From contig JAWOHE010000038.1 of assembly GCA_046485285.1 (NCBI GenBank), positions 1 to 21,459 of the forward strand: a stretch of DNA of 21,459 bases. Reading direction: 5' to 3'. The notes under the pieces were generated by a model. That model saw only the letters and a list, made by a program, of their open reading frames with translations. It did no database searches and was not told the origin of the DNA. Origin of the DNA: a bacterium. GTDB lineage: Bacteria; Hydrothermota; Tepidihabitantia; Tepidihabitantales; Tepidihabitantaceae. The number at the start of each line of letters is the position of its first letter. Within the stretch, counting starts at the first letter, position 1. This document shows, piece after piece, positions 19,100 through 21,459 of this stretch. The position numbers and the translations under genes are program-made.

Positions 19100-19844
19100 T
19101 GCCGGTCAGGACTTCTGCCTTTCTATCACAGACGAGGATTGTATGCTCGAAATGGGCCGATGGCAAGCCGTCCTTTGTCACGACCGTCCAGCCGTCGGAC
19201 AGCGTCACGACGTCGAACCCGCCGAAGTTGACCATCGGCTCGACCGCCAGCGTCATCCCGGCCTCGAGCCTCACCCCGCGTCCGGACCGCCCGTAGTTCG
19301 GCACCTGCGGCTCCTCGTGCAGCTCCCGGCCGACGCCGTGGCCGCACAGTGCCCGCACCACCGAGTAGCCGCGCTCCTCCGCGTACTGCTGGATGGCGTG
19401 GCTGACGTCGCCGACCCGGCTCCCGGCCCGGCACTGGGCGAGCCCGGCCGCGAGCGCCTGCTCGGTCGCCCGTAACAGCGCCGCCAGCTCGTCCCTGACC
19501 GCGCCCACCGGCCAGGTCCGCGCCGAGTCGGCGATCATCCCGCCGACCGTCACGCCCGCGTCGATCTTGCAGACGTCACCGGCCCGCAGCCGCCGGTCCG
19601 ACGGGATGCCGTGAACCACTTCTTCGTTCACGCTGATGCACGTCGCCGCCGGGTAGCCCCGGTAGCCGAGGAAAGTCGGCGTCCCGCCCCGGGACCGGAT
19701 TTCCCGCTCGCACAGCGCGTCCAGCTCCCGCGTCGAGACGCCCGGCCTGATTGCCGCGCCGGCCAGGTCCAGCGCCCGGGCCAGCACCCGGCCCGCCTCG
19801 CGCATCCGCTCGAGCTCGCGGCCCGACTTCAAGCTGATTGCCAG
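19086..19844 (-). CDS. map: Type I methionine aminopeptidase (start CTG 19844 or TTG 19832)
   Basis: [16 protein letters not shown]...[22 protein letters not shown] and SAHFEHT. Confidence 0.95.
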   Translation of the reverse strand: MAISLKSGRELERMREAGRVLARALDLAGAAIRPGVSTRELDALCEREIRSRGGTPTFLGYRGYPAATCISVNEEVVHGIPSDRRLRAGDVCKIDAGVTVGGMIADSARTWPVGAVRDELAALLRATEQALAAGLAQCRAGSRVGDVSHAIQQYAEERGYSVVRALCGHGVGRELHEEPQVPNYGRSGRGVRLEAGMTLAVEPMVNFGGFDVVTLSDGWTVVTKDGLPSAHFEHTILVCDRKAEVLTGNGQG

Positions 19845-19852
19845 CGCGCGCC

Positions 19853-20515
19853 TCAGTCCGCGGCCGTCCGCTCCACCAGCTTCGCCAGCTCGGCGAACAC
19901 CCGGTCCCTGCCGATGCCGCCGTCAATCCGCTCCAGCCGGAACCGGTCCTCATAGTACTGCACCAGCGGCTCGGTCTGCTCGTGGTACACCCCCAGCCGG
20001 TCGCTGATGACCTGCTCGTTGTCGTCCGGCCGCTGGTACAGCTCGCCGCCGCACCCGTCGCAGACGCCCGGGGTCGCCGGCGGCATGAACGACAGGTTGA
20101 AGATCCGGCCGCACTTCCGACACTGCCGCCGGCTCGACAGCCGCTTGACGACCTCCGCGTCGGCGAGGTCAATAAGCACCGCCATATCGACCTTCTGCCC
20201 GTGCCCCTCCAGCACCCGGTCGAGGCCCTCGGCCTGCGGAATCGTCCGGGGGAAGCCATCGAACAGGATGCGCTTCGTCGCGTGCTCGCTGACGAACGCG
20301 TTCACCACCTCGAGCACGACCTCGTCCGGCACCAGCTTCCCGGACGTCACGTACTCCTCGACCTCGATGCCGACCGGCGTCCGGCGCTTGATGTGGTCGC
20401 GGAACACCTCGCCGGTCGAGTAGTGAACGAAAGAAAGCTTGTCGCGAAGCAGCTCGGCCTGGGTGCCCTTGCCGCTCCCGGGAGGACCGAGCAGGACGAT
20501 ATTGACAGGGTTCAT
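19853..20515 (-). CDS. adk: Adenylate kinase with four-Cys zinc LID
   Basis: GPPGSGKGTQ, DGFPRT, RRQCRKC...CDGC and QRPDD. Start set at ATG 20515 with SD AGGAG. Confidence 0.97.
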   Translation of the reverse strand: MNPVNIVLLGPPGSGKGTQAELLRDKLSFVHYSTGEVFRDHIKRRTPVGIEVEEYVTSGKLVPDEVVLEVVNAFVSEHATKRILFDGFPRTIPQAEGLDRVLEGHGQKVDMAVLIDLADAEVVKRLSSRRQCRKCGRIFNLSFMPPATPGVCDGCGGELYQRPDDNEQVISDRLGVYHEQTEPLVQYYEDRFRLERIDGGIGRDRVFAELAKLVERTAAD

Positions 20516-20571
20516 CTTGAGACTCCTATTCGCGCCGTGCACGAGAACCCGCACAGCTTTCAGTCGCCGGC

Positions 20572-20600
20572 AGTCTAACCGCGCGACCCGCGCCAGTCAA
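20572..20600 (-). promoter_or_regulatory. Sigma70 promoter for adk-map-infA-rpmJ
   Basis: TTGACT (20600..20595), 17-nt spacer, TAGACT (20577..20572). Confidence 0.65.
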
Positions 20601-20679
20601 GCCACGCCCGCCGCGGACCGGGCAAGACGCAGAGACCCCAGGGAAGACCCTTCATCGCCGTCTCCTGTGGAAGCGACAT

Positions 20680-20724
20680 CCCCTTCGACTTAGCTCAGAG
20701 CTTGCCCTGAGGTACTCGAAGGGG
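20680..20724. repeat. REP-like palindrome of CCCTTCGA...TCGAAGGG type
   Basis: CCCCTTCGA-CTTAG-CTCAGAGC-TT-GCCCTGAG-GTAC-TCGAAGGGG. Confidence 0.7.
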
Positions 20725-20779
20725 CAGGCTCCGCGTGGCGGAGTGGAGTAGCCCTTTCCTGTTCCGGTTCCTGGTCCTC

Positions 20780-20859
20780 TGTAGGAGCGACATCCCTGTC
20801 GCGATTAGGAGACGCATCGCGGGCAGGAAGGATGTCGCGGTTTGGAAACCGCTCCTACA
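20780..20859. repeat. GTAG-type REP doublet (REPIN-like)
   Basis: Perfect inverted ends TGTAGGAGCG (20780-89) and CGCTCCTACA (20850-59). Internal palindromes GCGACA-TCCC-TGTCGC and GCGGTTT-GG-AAACCGC. Confidence 0.72.
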
Positions 20860-20899
20860 TCCGATTCGCGCCTTACGCGAGAGCCCGCACCGCACGGAA

Positions 20900-21159
20900 C
20901 GCACACCCTCCCGCATCTCGAACGACGCGCCGCGGGCCCGCCCGCGCGCAACGCGCGGGCAGGCCCGCAGGTAATCCGCAACCAGCTCCAGCGTCGGGCG
21001 CCGCACCCGGCCGTGCTCAAGCTGGCTGAGATGCGAATAGCAGCCAGGCTCGCGGCCCACCAGGTGCGCCAGCTCGACCAGGCTCAGCCCGGCCCGAAGC
21101 CGCAACCCGCGTTACGCCGCGCCCGGCGCAACCGTCTCTCCCGGGCTGAAGCCAGCCAC
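20900..21159 (-). pseudogene. Decayed XRE-family helix-turn-helix regulator
   Basis: GTG 21159 AGFSPGETVAPGAA*(TAA 21114..21112)RGLRLRAGLSLVELAHLVG...HLSQLEHGRVRRPTLELVADYLRAC, then a palindromic insert and read-on into REP DNA. The 3' boundary is approximate. Confidence 0.65.
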
Positions 21160-21168
21160 CTTCACATT

Positions 21169-21196
21169 ACTACCTATAACTTATGTTAGTGGAAAC
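21169..21196. other. dif-like tyrosine recombinase site (11-6-11)
   Basis: ACTACCTATAA-CTTATG-TTAGTGGAAAC, an AT-rich 28-mer with a TAA-N6-TTA dyad. Confidence 0.45.
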
Positions 21197-21279
21197 TAAC
21201 GGCCCGGCCAATCGCGAAATCGCCGCAATTGGTTGAAAAATCAGCACTTCACTCACCTCCGAATTTACCCCCTCCCCCA

Positions 21280-21459
21280 TACCCCCTACCGTACCCCCTA
21301 CCGTAGGGGGTACCGTACGGGGAACCGTAGGGGGTACGGTTGGGGGAACGGTTAGCCCTACCGTTGGGGGAGCCGTTAGCCCTACGGTTGGGGCAGCGGT
21401 AGGGGTAGCCGTAGGGCATACGGTTGGGGTAACGGTTGGGGGAACGGTAGGGCATACGG
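21280..21459. repeat. Degenerate 12-bp tandem array, at least 15 units, running off the window end
   Basis: Units fit T(A/T)NNNNN(T/A)(A/G)C(C/G)G, for example TACCCCCTACCG, TAGGGGGTACCG, TTGGGGGAACGG, TTAGCCCTACCG and TAGGGCATACGG. No indels. Confidence 0.9.

Noticed and set aside
21208-21232. Imperfect hairpin CCAATCGCG...CGCAATTGG as a terminator
   Set aside because: The T-run lies on the wrong side for the minus-strand ORF, so no function can be supported.
21280-21459. CRISPR array
   Set aside because: The period is 12 bp, with no repeat-spacer structure and no cas genes in view.

Overview
GC-rich bacterial chromosomal window using genetic code 11. Gene style and C-terminal sorting tails suggest candidate phylum WOR-3 or a relative (inference only). 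Left to right it holds: (i) three secreted proteins, namely a YVTN/YncE-like beta-propeller interrupted by an in-frame TGA, an 860-aa multidomain protein with a T9SS-like C-terminal domain, and a TlpA/AhpC-TSA protein that the ORF track splits but which reads as one 452-aa secreted UxxC selenoprotein; (ii) a ktrB-ktrA potassium uptake operon with a HAMP-PAS sensor that has no output domain; (iii) a tightly coupled minus-strand run pyrG-acyltransferase-lptC-lptA-lptB-rpoN-selB-selD(Sec)-mscS; (iv) an adk-map-infA-rpmJ block detached from secY/rpsM, with its own promoter; (v) an accessory end with REP-like palindromes, a decayed XRE-HTH gene, a dif-like 11-6-11 site and a 12-bp degenerate tandem array. 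The main signal is selenocysteine recoding: two UGA codons, each followed by a hairpin with the same AGUUG apical loop, in a window that also carries selB and selD.
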